A DNA stretch of 64,000 bases from Octopus vulgaris (Eukaryota): contig OX597818.1 in the NCBI GenBank assembly GCA_951406725.2, positions 7,192,001 through 7,256,000 of the forward strand. Reading direction: 5' to 3'. Every line of letters starts with the position of its first letter. The first letter of the stretch is position 1. Under the pieces are notes generated by a model. The model was given only the letters and a program-made list of their open reading frames with translations, was not told the origin of the DNA and did not search any database. Below, in pieces: positions 1 through 13,835 of this stretch. The position numbers were made by a program, and so were the translations under genes.

Positions 1-250
1 TTTTAGCAATGGGGTTGTGTGTGCGTAGAAAGTCGAGAAAGGAAGAGCTAGTTGAATGTTAAATTATTTATGAGTAGGAGTTAGGGTTAGGGGTCTATAG
101 TAGGGGATTTATTGGATTAAGGTTTTGACATCTTGGAGGGTGTCAGTCCTCCCCCTTCAACACAGGCCAACAATTTTGCTATGTCCGAACCAGCTGGGAT
201 TCTTCCAGAAATAACACGACTTAATATTTCCCTAATACTTGTCGCATAGT

Positions 251-345
251 GAAGGCCATGGCTCAGTGGTTAGAGCGTCGAACTTACGATAGTGAGGTTG
301 TGGTTTCGATTCCCGGACCGGGCTGCGCGTTGTGTTCTTGTTGCT
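251..345 (+). mobile_element. tRNA-derived SINE head (3'-truncated)
   Basis: Pol III box A (TGGCTCAGTGG) and box B (GGTTTCGATTCCC), followed by GACCGGGC..GTTGTG as in the SINE at 58905; no closing tRNA acceptor stem. Confidence 0.65.
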
Positions 346-614
346 TTCAAAAACTTGGCTGTGATAGCAACTTGGGCTTCCTTCACAGTACTCTATTTTT
401 TCGTTTTTTAAGAAAAATGTCCATTTCCTTGGTTTTGTATCTATGTTTTCGTTTCTCATTGTGTTCGACGTTTTTTTGGTGTCCTGTACCCATATATACA
501 TGTATATATACATGTAGATGTAGGTACGTACATATATGTATGTATATATGCATATGTTTTATTTATTAATTTGTTATTATATGACGGAACGCACGCATGC
601 ATTTCTAAGTAAGT

Positions 615-663
<49 letters not shown>

Positions 664-766
664 AGATAGATAGATAGATGCATAGATATACATATAGATT
701 TATATATATATACTTACAAACACACACATGTATATATATACAAAAATATATGTGCATATATGTATG

Positions 767-801
<35 letters not shown>

Positions 802-830
802 GTATATGTATGTAAATGTATCTATATCTA

Positions 831-2062
<1,232 letters not shown>

Positions 2063-2114
2063 TATGTATGTATGTATGTATGTATGTATGTATGTATGTA
2101 TGTATGTGTGTATG

Positions 2115-2290
2115 CCTGACCGCTAAATCCACAATATTTTATTCTCTCTGTTTTCTTTTAATCCTTTCGGTTGTAGAGCGTAGGCTCGAAACGGAAAAAA
2201 ACTTCCTCACTTTCTCGGGCGTCACATAAATACACCTGCTCGTTGTTCCTACACTTCTCTTCGTCTTTTGTTTTTCTGTAAATTTAAACT
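2115..2290 (+). mobile_element. Short PLE-end-like repeat in microsatellite, with degenerate hammerhead core
   Basis: GAGC-GTAG-GCTC-GAAA-CG motif, then a pyrimidine-rich tail ending AACT at a TA/CA tract; resembles the reverse complement of 46448-46655. Confidence 0.45.
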
Positions 2291-2302
2291 ATGTACACAC
2301 AC

Positions 2303-2753
<451 letters not shown>

Positions 2754-2761
2754 TACACATA

Positions 2762-2812
<51 letters not shown>

Positions 2813-4261
2813 TCATACATTCATACATACATATGCGTACATGTATGTATAGACGCACAACACACATGCACACCACACACCCTGATACGCGCAGTCACGC
2901 AAACACTCACGCTTGTATATGTGCTTTTGTGTCTATATATTTCTACAAATAAATACGTCAGGAAGCAGAAGCTATAACCGTCGCAACTGAGTAAAATGTT
3001 AATACGGAAATTGGGAGATAGGAATGATAGTCTGTGGATTTACACTAACTGTCAACAATAAACACCGAGTAAGGAAATCTGTCCATCTCATATCTTTTGT
3101 CTTCTGGCACTAATTAAATTCTTCGTCTGATTGTCCGAAGACAGTCCTGATTTGTCAATTTTGGATGAGATGGCGACATTGAGATCAGCACATTTCATTC
3201 AAAGCCACGCCGTTGGTAACAACAATGATGAAATACTGTTAAAGATTATCTATAGCTGTCTCTCTGCTTCCCTCTGTCTCTCTTTTTTCACCCTTCCTCT
3301 ATTTCTTCCTCTCAGTATCTGACATTACCTAAATATCGCTCTCTAATTCTCTTAAACTCACTTTTAATTTTCTTTCTCATTTTCTACCCACCCTGTCTTC
3401 AATTTCTCCCTCCATCTCCGACGATGACACCCAGCAGACAGCTAAATTTTCTTCAGATTAATCTTTCCTTTCTGCTATGAGAGAAAAAAAATCATAAAGT
3501 GAAGACGGTCATGACATTTTTTAAACCAGAAAGTTAATGCAAATGATGTCTGTTCTAAACTGAAATTGAAATTGTATGGCGAATAGAGACTTGACTAATT
3601 AAATGAACTTACTTGCATGGCTTGTTTGCAGTATGATATAGCATGCTATAAAATAATATCGATATGTAAAGCTTGACACGAAGCCTTGCATAGGAATTGA
3701 TTGTAAGTATTACTATAAATTTATTGTAAGCAATTACCTTAATGTGGTCATTCGACCATAAAATAATACTCTACTCCCACACAATCCGGTCATATGCAGT
3801 CATGAATTCTTATTCTGAATGAAAGAATATGTTTGCAAGTAGTTTGGAAAACATCTAAAATTATGTCAAATTGAAATTCTTTTTCCTTGAGTTTTGTGAA
3901 AGCAACCACAATATTTATAGGGTTGTAGATTGATGAGATTGACACAGCAAATTTTTGTTTGAAATTGTGTTATTAAATCTCAGTCTAAGGAGATGAATCT
4001 CAAACGATGCAATTTTAAGTGCTTGCATATAGTTTAACTGCAGTTCAAACGTTGAAACAGAGTGGAATGAAGAGTAAAAATAGTAGAGTGGATGGGGATA
4101 TATTTGATGAATTCAGCAGTAACAGATTTGAGCAGATTTTTTAATACAGAGTAACTGGCTCAGTCTGTTTGATTTTGGTAGATGTGAAGCCGAGAAGATA
4201 TATCGGTTTCAAATTTTGACACAAGGACAGCAATTCTAAGTGGTGAAGATGGTACTTCCTT

Positions 4262-4759
4262 TGTCGTATCTATATTCTAGCTTGTTCTTTTTCTAACAGC
4301 ATCAGCACCTCGTTAGTTAAACTTTCTCTCTGAGACACCAGCAACTCAGTCACATCATCCTCTCTGACTATTTCAAATCTTGCATCCATTGCAAGTGTTA
4401 CATATATTTTCGAATTTAATGAAGACTCTCTGCTTGAGGAAAAATTTTTAAAGCACGGATACAATCTGATCATATAGTTCTCCAAACACTATTCAAAGTT
4501 GAAGGATTCACTTTATCCCATGACTTGGCTATATCATCCACAACATCTCTTGTGTTGAATTTTCCCCAGAAACTCTAGGCTTATCCTCCTAGTCAATTTC
4601 TTTCATTATTTGTTTGAAAGGTCTTCTCATGTATCTTGAACCAGGGACTGTGGCAAGCAAGCTGTATTATATGTTATATATTCAAGTTCACATTATCAAA
4701 GAAGCAATCTCAGCTCGCGGAGGCTTTTGGAACGTAACAACCGCGGTAGTCGAGGGAAT

Positions 4760-4763
<4 letters not shown>
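4262..4763 (-). mobile_element. Tigger/pogo-like DNA transposon relic
   Basis: Minus-strand peptides KFNTRDVVDDIAKSWDKVNPSTLNSVWR and EDDVTELLVSQRESLTNEVLMLLEKE resemble a Tigger transposase C-terminus; TIR-like end CCGCGGTAGTCGAGGGAATATTG|TA. Confidence 0.7.
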
Positions 4764-4818
<55 letters not shown>

Positions 4819-4881
4819 ACAGATATAAGATATGGATATATATATATCCATATCTTATATCTGTACACACACACACACATG

Positions 4882-4917
<36 letters not shown>

Positions 4918-4997
4918 CATAAGACTTATGTATATATTTCTAAACATCTTTATTATATATATGTATCTATACATTTGTGCGTATATGTATAAGTTCG

Positions 4998-5150
4998 TAT
5001 TTGTTTGAAAGGTCTTCTCATGTATCTTGAACCATGGACTGTGGCAAGCAAGCTGTATTATTGGTTATATATTCAAGTTCACATTATCAAAAAGGCAATC
5101 TCAGCTCGCGGAGACTTTTGGAACGTGACAACCGCGGTAGTCGAGGGATT

Positions 5151-5154
<4 letters not shown>
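4998..5154. repeat. Direct duplication of 4607-4763 (Tigger-like terminus)
   Basis: Near-identical ~157-bp copy, TTTGTTTGAAAGGTCTTCTC...GTCGAGGGATTATTG. Confidence 0.9.
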
Positions 5155-5217
<63 letters not shown>

Positions 5218-5220
<3 letters not shown>

Positions 5221-6494
5221 GATATGTTACATTACTCGATAGTCAAGATAAAACTCTGAGTTTCAGATGCCGAAGTGGGAATCCACGCCGCCATCTCTTC
5301 GGTTATCTGGCTATTTGAAAACGCTATGAAAAAATACCGTTATACAAAGGGAAATTACTGTGTTATAACTCTGCTTGCCTGCGTACTTATACATCGCTAT
5401 GTGAACGTACACATCTTCACTCGCATATTTCGCCATAAAAATTATATAAAAATACATAAAAAATATATAAAAAATATATAAAAAAATATATATACATAAA
5501 ATATATATAAAAAAATATGATAGAAGGTATGATGAGGTAAAAAACCTTCTTGGGACATAACATAGAAAGCACGTTCTAACCATGCTTATAGGAAACTCTT
5601 CAATAGACACAATTTAAAGAAATTTAAGAAAACAGCTGTTCATGCAGGAGTAAAGAATTGTGCCCGCTAAATGGAGCTTGCATGTCCAAGACCATCATAT
5701 ATGAAGCTACCGTAGACTCTATAACCACTAAAGACACCGTTTCGACGAAGAATTACGTGGGCCTTACAGATGGTAATTTCAAGGCCATGTTCAATAACCA
5801 CACTTTGAGCTTTAGGCACTGGAACAAAAGAAAAGCGACAAAATGATCTAATCATATTTGGTCTTTAAGAGATAAAGGTGTCGATTATAACATACATTGG
5901 AAGATTTTGGCCAAATGTAAGCCCTATACCAACGGCAGCGGAAGGTGCAGTCTATGCGACATGGAGAGATGGCTTATCTGGAAAAGCAGCTTAGACCCTA
6001 CTACATGTCTAAATGTGACTAAATTTCTGTTACGTTTTTGGTCCCCTAAAGAAGACAGATAGAACATGCTTTCTATGTTATGTCCCAAGAAGGTTTTTTA
6101 CCTCATCATACCTTCTATCATATATTTTTTATATATATTTTATGTATATATATATTTCTATATATTTTTTATATATTTTTTATGTATTTTTATATAATTT
6201 TTATGGCGAAATATGCGAGTGAAGATGTGTACGTTCACATAGCGATGTATAAGTACGCAGGCAAGCAGAGTTATAACACAGTAATTTCCCTTTGTATAAC
6301 GGTATTTTTTCATAGCGTTTTCAAATAGCCAGATAACCGAAGAGATGGCGGCGTGGATTCCCACTTCGGCATCTGAAACTCAGAGTTTTATCTTGACTAT
6401 CGAGTAATGTAACATATTATTTTATAGATAAATTTCCTCTATTTACACAATATTGAGGTCTCTTTCTTTCTTTTGTTATCTTACCGTTTTACCA
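5218..6494 (+). mobile_element. 5'-truncated Penelope-like element (Naiad-like GIY-YIG end) with inverted 5' copy of its 3' end
   Basis: CPLNGACMSKTIIYEATV..NYVGLTDGNFKAMFNNHTLSF..*SNHIWSLRDKGVDYNIHWKIL..RCSLC at ~5640-6010; ~360-bp inverted repeats 5218-5578 / 6060-6421; inserted in (TA)n. Confidence 0.9.
6331..6393 (+). ncRNA. Minimal type-I hammerhead ribozyme (variant core); mirror copy at 5246-5308 on - strand
   Basis: AGATAA-CCGAAGA-GATG..CATC-T-GAAA-CTCAGAG-TT-TTATCT: stem I AGATAA/TTATCT, stem II GATG/CATC, near-palindromic stem III. Confidence 0.6.
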
Positions 6495-6534
<40 letters not shown>

Positions 6535-7559
6535 ACAGATATAAGGTATGGATATATACATATATATTTATAAACATCTTTGTATATGTGTATCTATACA
6601 TTTGTGTGTATATGTATATGTTCGTATTTGTGTGTATGACTGTTTTCTCAATATGTCCATCACTTTCACCAACACAGTGCAGTTTGATTTGAACGAGATT
6701 TGAAGTATCTCAGAATTCATTTCTGTGATTGATTTTTCCTGGCAATTTCACATTTTTGCTACAAATGACGTATCACGATCTGCGTGGGCGTTCATGCTAT
6801 CCATATTGTAAAAATCCAAGTAATTCTCTTGATAGAGCAATCCATTGTATAGAAATGTGTGCTTCTCAGCGAAATTTGGAGAAATACATGTAAAAAAGAC
6901 AGAAAAATTTATATTTACCATATCATTCCCAGTTTAAGAAAATCCAAGTAAGAATTATATAACCTATTGTGTTGTCACTGTGACAGGAGTTAATTGCCTT
7001 GATACTTTGCAACCGAGACCATTGCCCGTTAACGTTTGCATCACAGTTTCAGTTACGCTTGCGTCAGTGTCTCGCTTATATGCTTGAGACACTATTGAAA
7101 AGTTATCTTCTATTATTCAAGTCCAGGTATTTTCTGCCTGTCCTGTAGAAGTGCCTTGTGTTTTGGACAAAAATGATCAGTGGAATCCCGCATCGGCGAA
7201 ATGAGTTCATTAGAAAGGTTTATGAAATTCCTGCCTCCTTCATCTACACTTAATCAGCTATTTTGACCATAACGATGAAGATGATGATGATGATGATTAG
7301 GAGGAAGAGGATTCTCAATCTCTTCCTCCATCTCATCATCATCAATAACAGAATTAACATAGTAACAACAACAACAACAACAACAACAACGGCAGTATAC
7401 GCTTCCGAAACTAACTCATTGTTAACAGAAGGTATAAATTTTCTTCTTTCGAAATCAGATGAGACCCATATCCTAAAAAGGTACCGGCCTGTCACTAGCC
7501 AGTTCAATGCATATAAATAGCTTCATCCATCATAACAGACCAAGCAGATGAAAGCAATA

Positions 7560-8860
7560 CAATTTTTTTTCTTGAAGAGAAGGACTGTAAATGTGTGTCA
7601 TATAGATGCAAAGTTCACAAAATGCATCACCCTAACTATCATATTGAACACCTATTTCTCCTGAAGGTGGTAGAAATATCTTTCACTTGAATTTCATTTA
7701 GAACTACCACCGGTCTTGAAGCATTCTTTGATACTACAACTGGAATCCAGGTAATAAAAAAAACACACAGGAGAAAAGTCACTGGAAAAAAAGTAATAGT
7801 AATAAAGCCACGGAAAAAAGTCACAGAGGTTTTGTTCGGATCCCATAAATTGTGCCATTTTACTTGTGATTTTTTTCCCAGCAAAATTCGTGACTTTACT
7901 ACTTTTTTTTCCTGCGACTTTATTACTGGTCACTTACAACTGACTGGATGATGGTCTTGGTTATAAAAGCATTAAACTAGAAGGTCTAAGTACTCTGTGC
8001 CAAAACAGATTAATAAACTTAAACACAAGTTCTGTTTAGAATATATGGACACCAAGATCAGAGAAACTTCAACAACGCAAGCTGCAAAGTTAAGTTAAAG
8101 TAAGATAAAATAAAACAGAAGGGCTTGGAACGAGCAAAACACCGCTGGCAAAATAAACCCTCGATAAATAGTTGTAACATGCAGCAACAAAGCTGTTGTT
8201 GAAAAATTCCTCTCCCATCACTGGTTGCAAACTGCTGATTTAAAGACAGAAAGTGAAAGATTTGTAGTTGCAGCCCAACACCAATCCTCATCTAACCGCA
8301 ATTACAATGTAAAAATACTTTGGAACGGAACAGACTCAAAGTATACGCTATTTAGTGTTCAGGTAGATACTATTTGTCACCTTGTCTCTGGTTGTTCTTT
8401 AATGGCTTATAAATGTAAAACCAAAAATGAACACATCGGGCAATATTCACACCAGAATATTTGTAAAGGCTATCGGAAAGAAACATCTATGAATTGGTAT
8501 GAATGAACATTTTCCTTAACCAGTCACTCAAATTGACCGTATAATCATTCTCCGAAGTTTTACAATTCATAACGACAGGATCATCAACGTAAACCACCCA
8601 GGTATTTCAGCAGAAAATGAAATGAATGAAATATATCTTCTTATTGACATTTACGTCACATTAAAAAACTTAGCATACTACAAAGATACGATGGCTTAAG
8701 TAGGGAGATTAACAATGTATAGCAAATGAAAACCACTAACGATACCTGTTATCATCGGAGCTCTTGTGGAAATAAAGAATAGAAATGGGGAATTCATGGA
8801 TAAGATACCAGTAAAACCATGTTTAAAAAAACACATAAGTAACCATAGTAGGGTACTGTA
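7560..8860 (+). mobile_element. Old R4/Dong-type (RLE) non-LTR retrotransposon 3' fragment
   Basis: KMHHPNYHIEHLF, LKTESERFVVAAQHQS, DTICHLVSGC, LLIDI and PVIIGAL align by eye with the 21204-24066 element; many stops. Confidence 0.8.
7742..7934. mobile_element. MITE-like non-autonomous DNA element nested in the LINE fragment
   Basis: Left half has GGAAAAAAGTCAC-like repeats and right half their inverse; ends CCAGGTAATAAA / TTTATTACTGG; flanking TACAACT duplicated (7735-7741, 7935-7941). Confidence 0.65.
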
Positions 8861-9993
8861 CGTAGAGTACTATCACCGTGAAATGCATTTTTTAAATTGT
8901 GAACTCATACACACAATTTTTATTTCATTTTCATTTCTCTATGATTTTTCCAGTCGTACTACTTTTCTACATTGTAACTAAAAGAAATTATGAATAAAGT
9001 CTCAAAGATTTGAACCCCGAAAATAGAAATTATTAATAGTAAAGTATAAGATTACGTAGCAAGCTCGTTCATAACTCAAGCAATTAATTCGAGTTTTATC
9101 GATCCCTTGAAGCATCTTCCGAAGCAAAATAGAATAAAAACATAATTTATCTCCATTAAATCTGTTAAAGTAATCCGTTTATGGTCAATAGTTAAGAACA
9201 GGATTTCATTATCACACGTTGAAATTTATCTACCAAAGTGGAAACACCGCTTCAGCGACTAATCATATGCTAAGATATCACATAGTTTCTCGCTTAATCA
9301 GTTCACACCTTGCATTAACAGATCCTTTCAATCACATATGTGAAAGATACCACAGCTGTGACTGGCGATGGAGTTAGTAATCAGGAAATGTTCGTTAATA
9401 GCAGGATTCATGTTTTCTTAATACCCACCACTTCTCTTAACATTGACATCAGCGCTACGTAAAAGTCAAAAGAACGAATATATATGAACTCACATACACA
9501 CGCACACATGCACACACACGTATACACACATATACACACACACGTATTATATATGTGTATGTATATGTATATATATATATATATATATGTATAACGGGAT
9601 ATATTAGTTTATAAATATATCTATACAAATGTGTGTGTATGTATATATGTATATAAATAGATAGATAGATAGATAGATAGATAGAGAGAGAGTGAGAGAG
9701 AGAGAGATACAGACAGACAAAGAAACAAAAAGAGAGAGACAGAGAAAGGTACTATATATATGTGAGACTTAGTATGCGTATATTTATGCGTCAATGATTT
9801 ATGTTCAATCATATGTGTGTGTGTGTGTGTGTGCGTGTGTGTGTGTGTGTGAATATTGGCTTCATCAGCATCTTCTGCTTCTTGGCACGCAAAAGCACTC
9901 ATATTTATATATACATACATTATCTATCTATCTATCTATCTATCTATATCTATCTGTCTATCTGTCTATCTATCTATATCTATATATTTTATA

Positions 9994-10363
9994 ACCAACC
10001 ACATGGTTCCGGGTTCAGTCCCACTGCGTGGCATATTGGGCAAGTGTCTTCTGCTATAGCCCCGGGCCGACCAATGCCTTGTGAGTGGATTTGGTAGACG
10101 GAAACTGAAAGAAGCCTGTCGTATACATGTATATATATATATATGTATGTGTGTTAGTGTGTCTGTGTTTGTCCCCCTAGCATTGCTTGACAACCGATGC
10201 TGGTGTGTTTATGTCCACGTTACTTAGCGGTTCGGCAAAAGATACCGATAGAATAAGTACTGGGCTTACAAAAAGAATAAGTCCTGGGGTCGAGTTGCTC
10301 GATTAAAGGCGGTGCTCCAGCATGGCCACAGTCAAATGACTGAATCAAGTAAAAGAGTAAAGA

Positions 10364-10365
<2 letters not shown>
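9994..10365 (+). mobile_element. tRNA-derived SINE (octopus OK-like family)
   Basis: CCACATGGTTCCGGGTTCAGTCCCACTGCGTGGCA head, internal TA/TG tract, 3' GGCGGTGCTCCAGCATGGCC..GACTGAA and TAAAAGAG tail; several related copies in the window. Confidence 0.9.
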
Positions 10366-10404
<39 letters not shown>

Positions 10405-10490
10405 CATACATGTATATATGTATATACATACAAACATACATACATATAAACATACATAAACACACTCACACGCGATATGTTTATATATAT

Positions 10491-10552
<62 letters not shown>

Positions 10553-10634
10553 ATATCTGAAAATATGCATAAACACATGCACATATACATTCATTTAATA
10601 TATACATGTGTCTGTGTCTGTATATATATATATA

Positions 10635-11541
10635 AATCCTTAAAATCCTTAAAAATGTTTTAGCCCGAAGGCCGCGGCCATGCTGGGGCACCACCGCTGA
10701 ATGAGCTACACTAGTTTGTGAATCCACCTCTGATACGTGGCACTTGATCAACAAGGGAGTTCGATGCTGCTGCCCGCATCCGTGTCTCCTGTCGTGTGGT
10801 AGGTTCATCTGGGACTCCCAACAAGAAGAGATCCAGTTTAGTTTTAAAGAAACCCACATCCACACCATGTAAGTCTCTCAGGCATTTAGGGAGGATGTTA
10901 AAGAGCTGTGGTCCTCTGAAACCCAAGCTGTTGCAGTATCTGGACCTGTATTTTGATGGTGATGTTGGAATCCTTGGCACCACGCAGCGGCGCCCGTTCT
11001 GCGGTTGGAGTAACTTTGAATGCCAAAGTTTGGGACAAGACCCTCCAGGATTTTCCAGATGTATATCACTGCATATCTCTCCCGCCTCCGCTCCAGGGAG
11101 AAGAGGTTTAATACCTTCAGTCTTTCCCAGTAGCTGACATTTTGCATTGAGACGATTTTCATTGTGTAGCTTCTCTGAATTGCTTCGAGTTCTGCTGTTT
11201 GTTTTATATTGTGTGATGACCAAAGTTGGGAGCAGTAGTCCAAGCGGCTGAGGACGAATGTTTTCCATAGGACCATCAGTGTCTCCTTCTCTCTTGTTCT
11301 GAAAGTTCGGAGAATCCATCCAGCTAGCCGTCTGCATTTTATCACCAGATTAGCAATATGCACTTGGAAAGATGCATCATTGCTCATGTCAATGCCCAGG
11401 TCACGCACTGATCTTGATTCAGGGATTGCAATTCTTCCTGGGCCAGTGTATCCAGTCTTCACGTCATTTACCTTTGTGTGCCAGTAGCGCAGGGCCTGGA
11501 ACTTACCTGCATTAAACTGCATGTTGTTGTCCTCAGCCCAC

Positions 11542-11544
<3 letters not shown>
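10635..11544 (-). mobile_element. 5'-truncated CR1-like LINE (RT C-terminus, 3' UTR and tandem tail)
   Basis: [58 protein letters not shown]; one frameshift near 10990; tail (TTTTAAGGA)x2; both flanks TA. Confidence 0.9.
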
Positions 11545-11596
<52 letters not shown>

Positions 11597-11667
11597 CATA
11601 CACACATATATGGTTGTGTGTATGTGTGTGAGTTTGTGCATTTGTTTGTGCATATATATATAGAGAG

Positions 11668-11706
<39 letters not shown>

Positions 11707-13658
11707 CACACACGTACACACACATACATGCATACATATGTGTGTGTGTGTGTGTGTGTGTGTAAGGGTATTGTATGCATCATTTATATGTATATACAGT
11801 GATGACCATAAGTCACTTCATCCATTTCTAATAATAATGAAATGGGTTAATATATAAAGAAAGGAGGTAGCTTATGTTATTCTCTTCGAATCATGTATTC
11901 TCTAACTGTATTTTCGCTCAATGAACTTACACCTGTCTATCATACATCCCCTGCTATTTCTATTCATCACTTCTAGTTTGGTTCTCCGCTGAAGCGTGAG
12001 AGCAAAGCACCTGTTGCTTTCGCTCATATTCATTTTACTCCTAGTGTCTCTCAAGAAATCTGTTTTCATTTGAGAACACCCGTTTAAGTGTATCTACTAA
12101 GACTCTAGACCAGCCAGTGTTTTGTGGGTACATTTCGTACATGGAAAGTATGGAAGTCGCTGTAGTCATCTCTGTTAATGAGACCTTGGCAACGCCTGAT
12201 CCGATTCATCTCTCATTCCTCTTGTTCTTGCTGCTGCATTTCTACTGTGAATGCTTGAAGCACTGTTAGACTGTGACAATGTCTGCGGTGATGACGTTTT
12301 AATTAAATAATTAATTAATTAATTTATTTATTTATTTGAGCTCAGATATACCGGTGGAAATCCCAGTCAATTATATATGAATAGGAAAGTATCGCACTTC
12401 ATTTCTCCACCCATCTTCCCTTCTCGACACCATCAATAAATTTTTAATATCTGGTGCTTAACCTATCGGTCACTTTTTGATGAACTACTCCGTTATTTGG
12501 GCGTAAATATATCCCCATTCTTTGTCAGACATTGTTGGGGTGACGTGCACAAACACAAGGATACACATTACCGTAGTGTTTCTCTAAGTCGTTTAATTTT
12601 TCTCAACCGATGGATAGGCCGATTGAGTAAATGTATTAACATGGAACCTATAATGACTACTGGAAACAATTGTAAAGTTAAATTTACTACCATAAAGACC
12701 TGTGTAATGACGATTATTTACGCCTTGTTTGTATATTCGTAAACACACACACATACACACATAGAGAGAGAGGAAGGGGGGAGAGAAAATATGTTCTGTT
12801 AGTAACAGCAAGGGTTGTTCGGAAAGTCATCGATATCTAATGAAACTGGTGGCTCGGTATCAATGACATTGATTCCGAATATAAAACATTTGTGGATGCC
12901 ATAAAATGATAGTAATGCGAAAATGATCCGGAATAGTCAGTTTTATGAATAAAAGAATCCAGAATAGCCAGGCATGAATAAAATTAAACCAGCAGAATAA
13001 TGATATAGATTTAAGAAACCAGGAATAATACGTAGGAGCAATGTAAATGTATACTATCGTGTAAAAAAATGAAAATGATAATCAAACGAGTGTTTGCAAA
13101 AATAAAATACTAATATCAAGCAGAGGAAAATGATATAAATAATTAGGAGAGAATGATTAGAGGCGAAGGTCATAAACTAGGAAATATTTGATCGCAATTA
13201 TGAAAAGGAGAAAATATACTGGTAAAAATATAATACATGCACACACATCTATTAAAAAGAATGTTTGATCGACAGACAATGAAGATTCATCAACAGTGAA
13301 ATACTAAAAGAAAAAAAAAGAACAGCTGTCACGCCTCTCTTGACTTGAAGACACAACTACCATTTCTTTCAGAATAATATATAGCAGACTCTTCATTTAG
13401 TAGTCAACTATTTTCAAGTTTATATTTTTAAGGTTTTTACATTTAAGAAAACATATAACATATATAATTGTGTGTGTATGTATGTGTGTGTGTGTGTGTA
13501 TGTGTGTGTGAGTGTTTGCGCGCGTTTATCTATCTTTTATTTGCGATTAACAATTGAGGAAAAATTACAGTTTTCCCATGATTCTCCATGGATGGTGTAC
13601 ACATTTTGAAACCTTATTTGGTAGTTGAGAAAAGTAATATTATAAAATAAAATGAATA

Positions 13659-13835
13659 CAACCGATGCTGGTGTGTTTACGTCCCCGTCCCTTAGCGGTT
13701 CGGCAAAAGAGACCGATAGAATAAGTACTGGGCTTACAAAGAATAAGTCCCGGGGTCGATTTGCTCGACTAAAGGCGGTGCTCCAGCATGGCCGCAGTCA
13801 AATGACTGAAACAAGTAAAAGAAAAGAAAGAATAA
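13659..13835 (+). mobile_element. OK-like SINE, 3' half
   Basis: CAACCGATGCTGGTGTGTTTAC...CCAGCATGGCCGCAGTCAAATGACTGAAACAAGTAAAAG, matching 10190-10365. Confidence 0.9.

Noticed and set aside
251-325. tRNA gene
   Set aside because: A/B boxes present but no proper acceptor stem, and it continues into SINE body sequence
2975-3185. hAT-like TIR remnants
   Set aside because: Too short and degenerate; no TSD found
5844-5846. In-frame TGA in the Naiad-like endonuclease as a possible selenocysteine (reported for some Naiads)
   Set aside because: It falls at a Leu position (compare TTLSSKIW in the 57342 ORF), not a Cys; most likely TTA>TGA decay, and no SECIS was recognised
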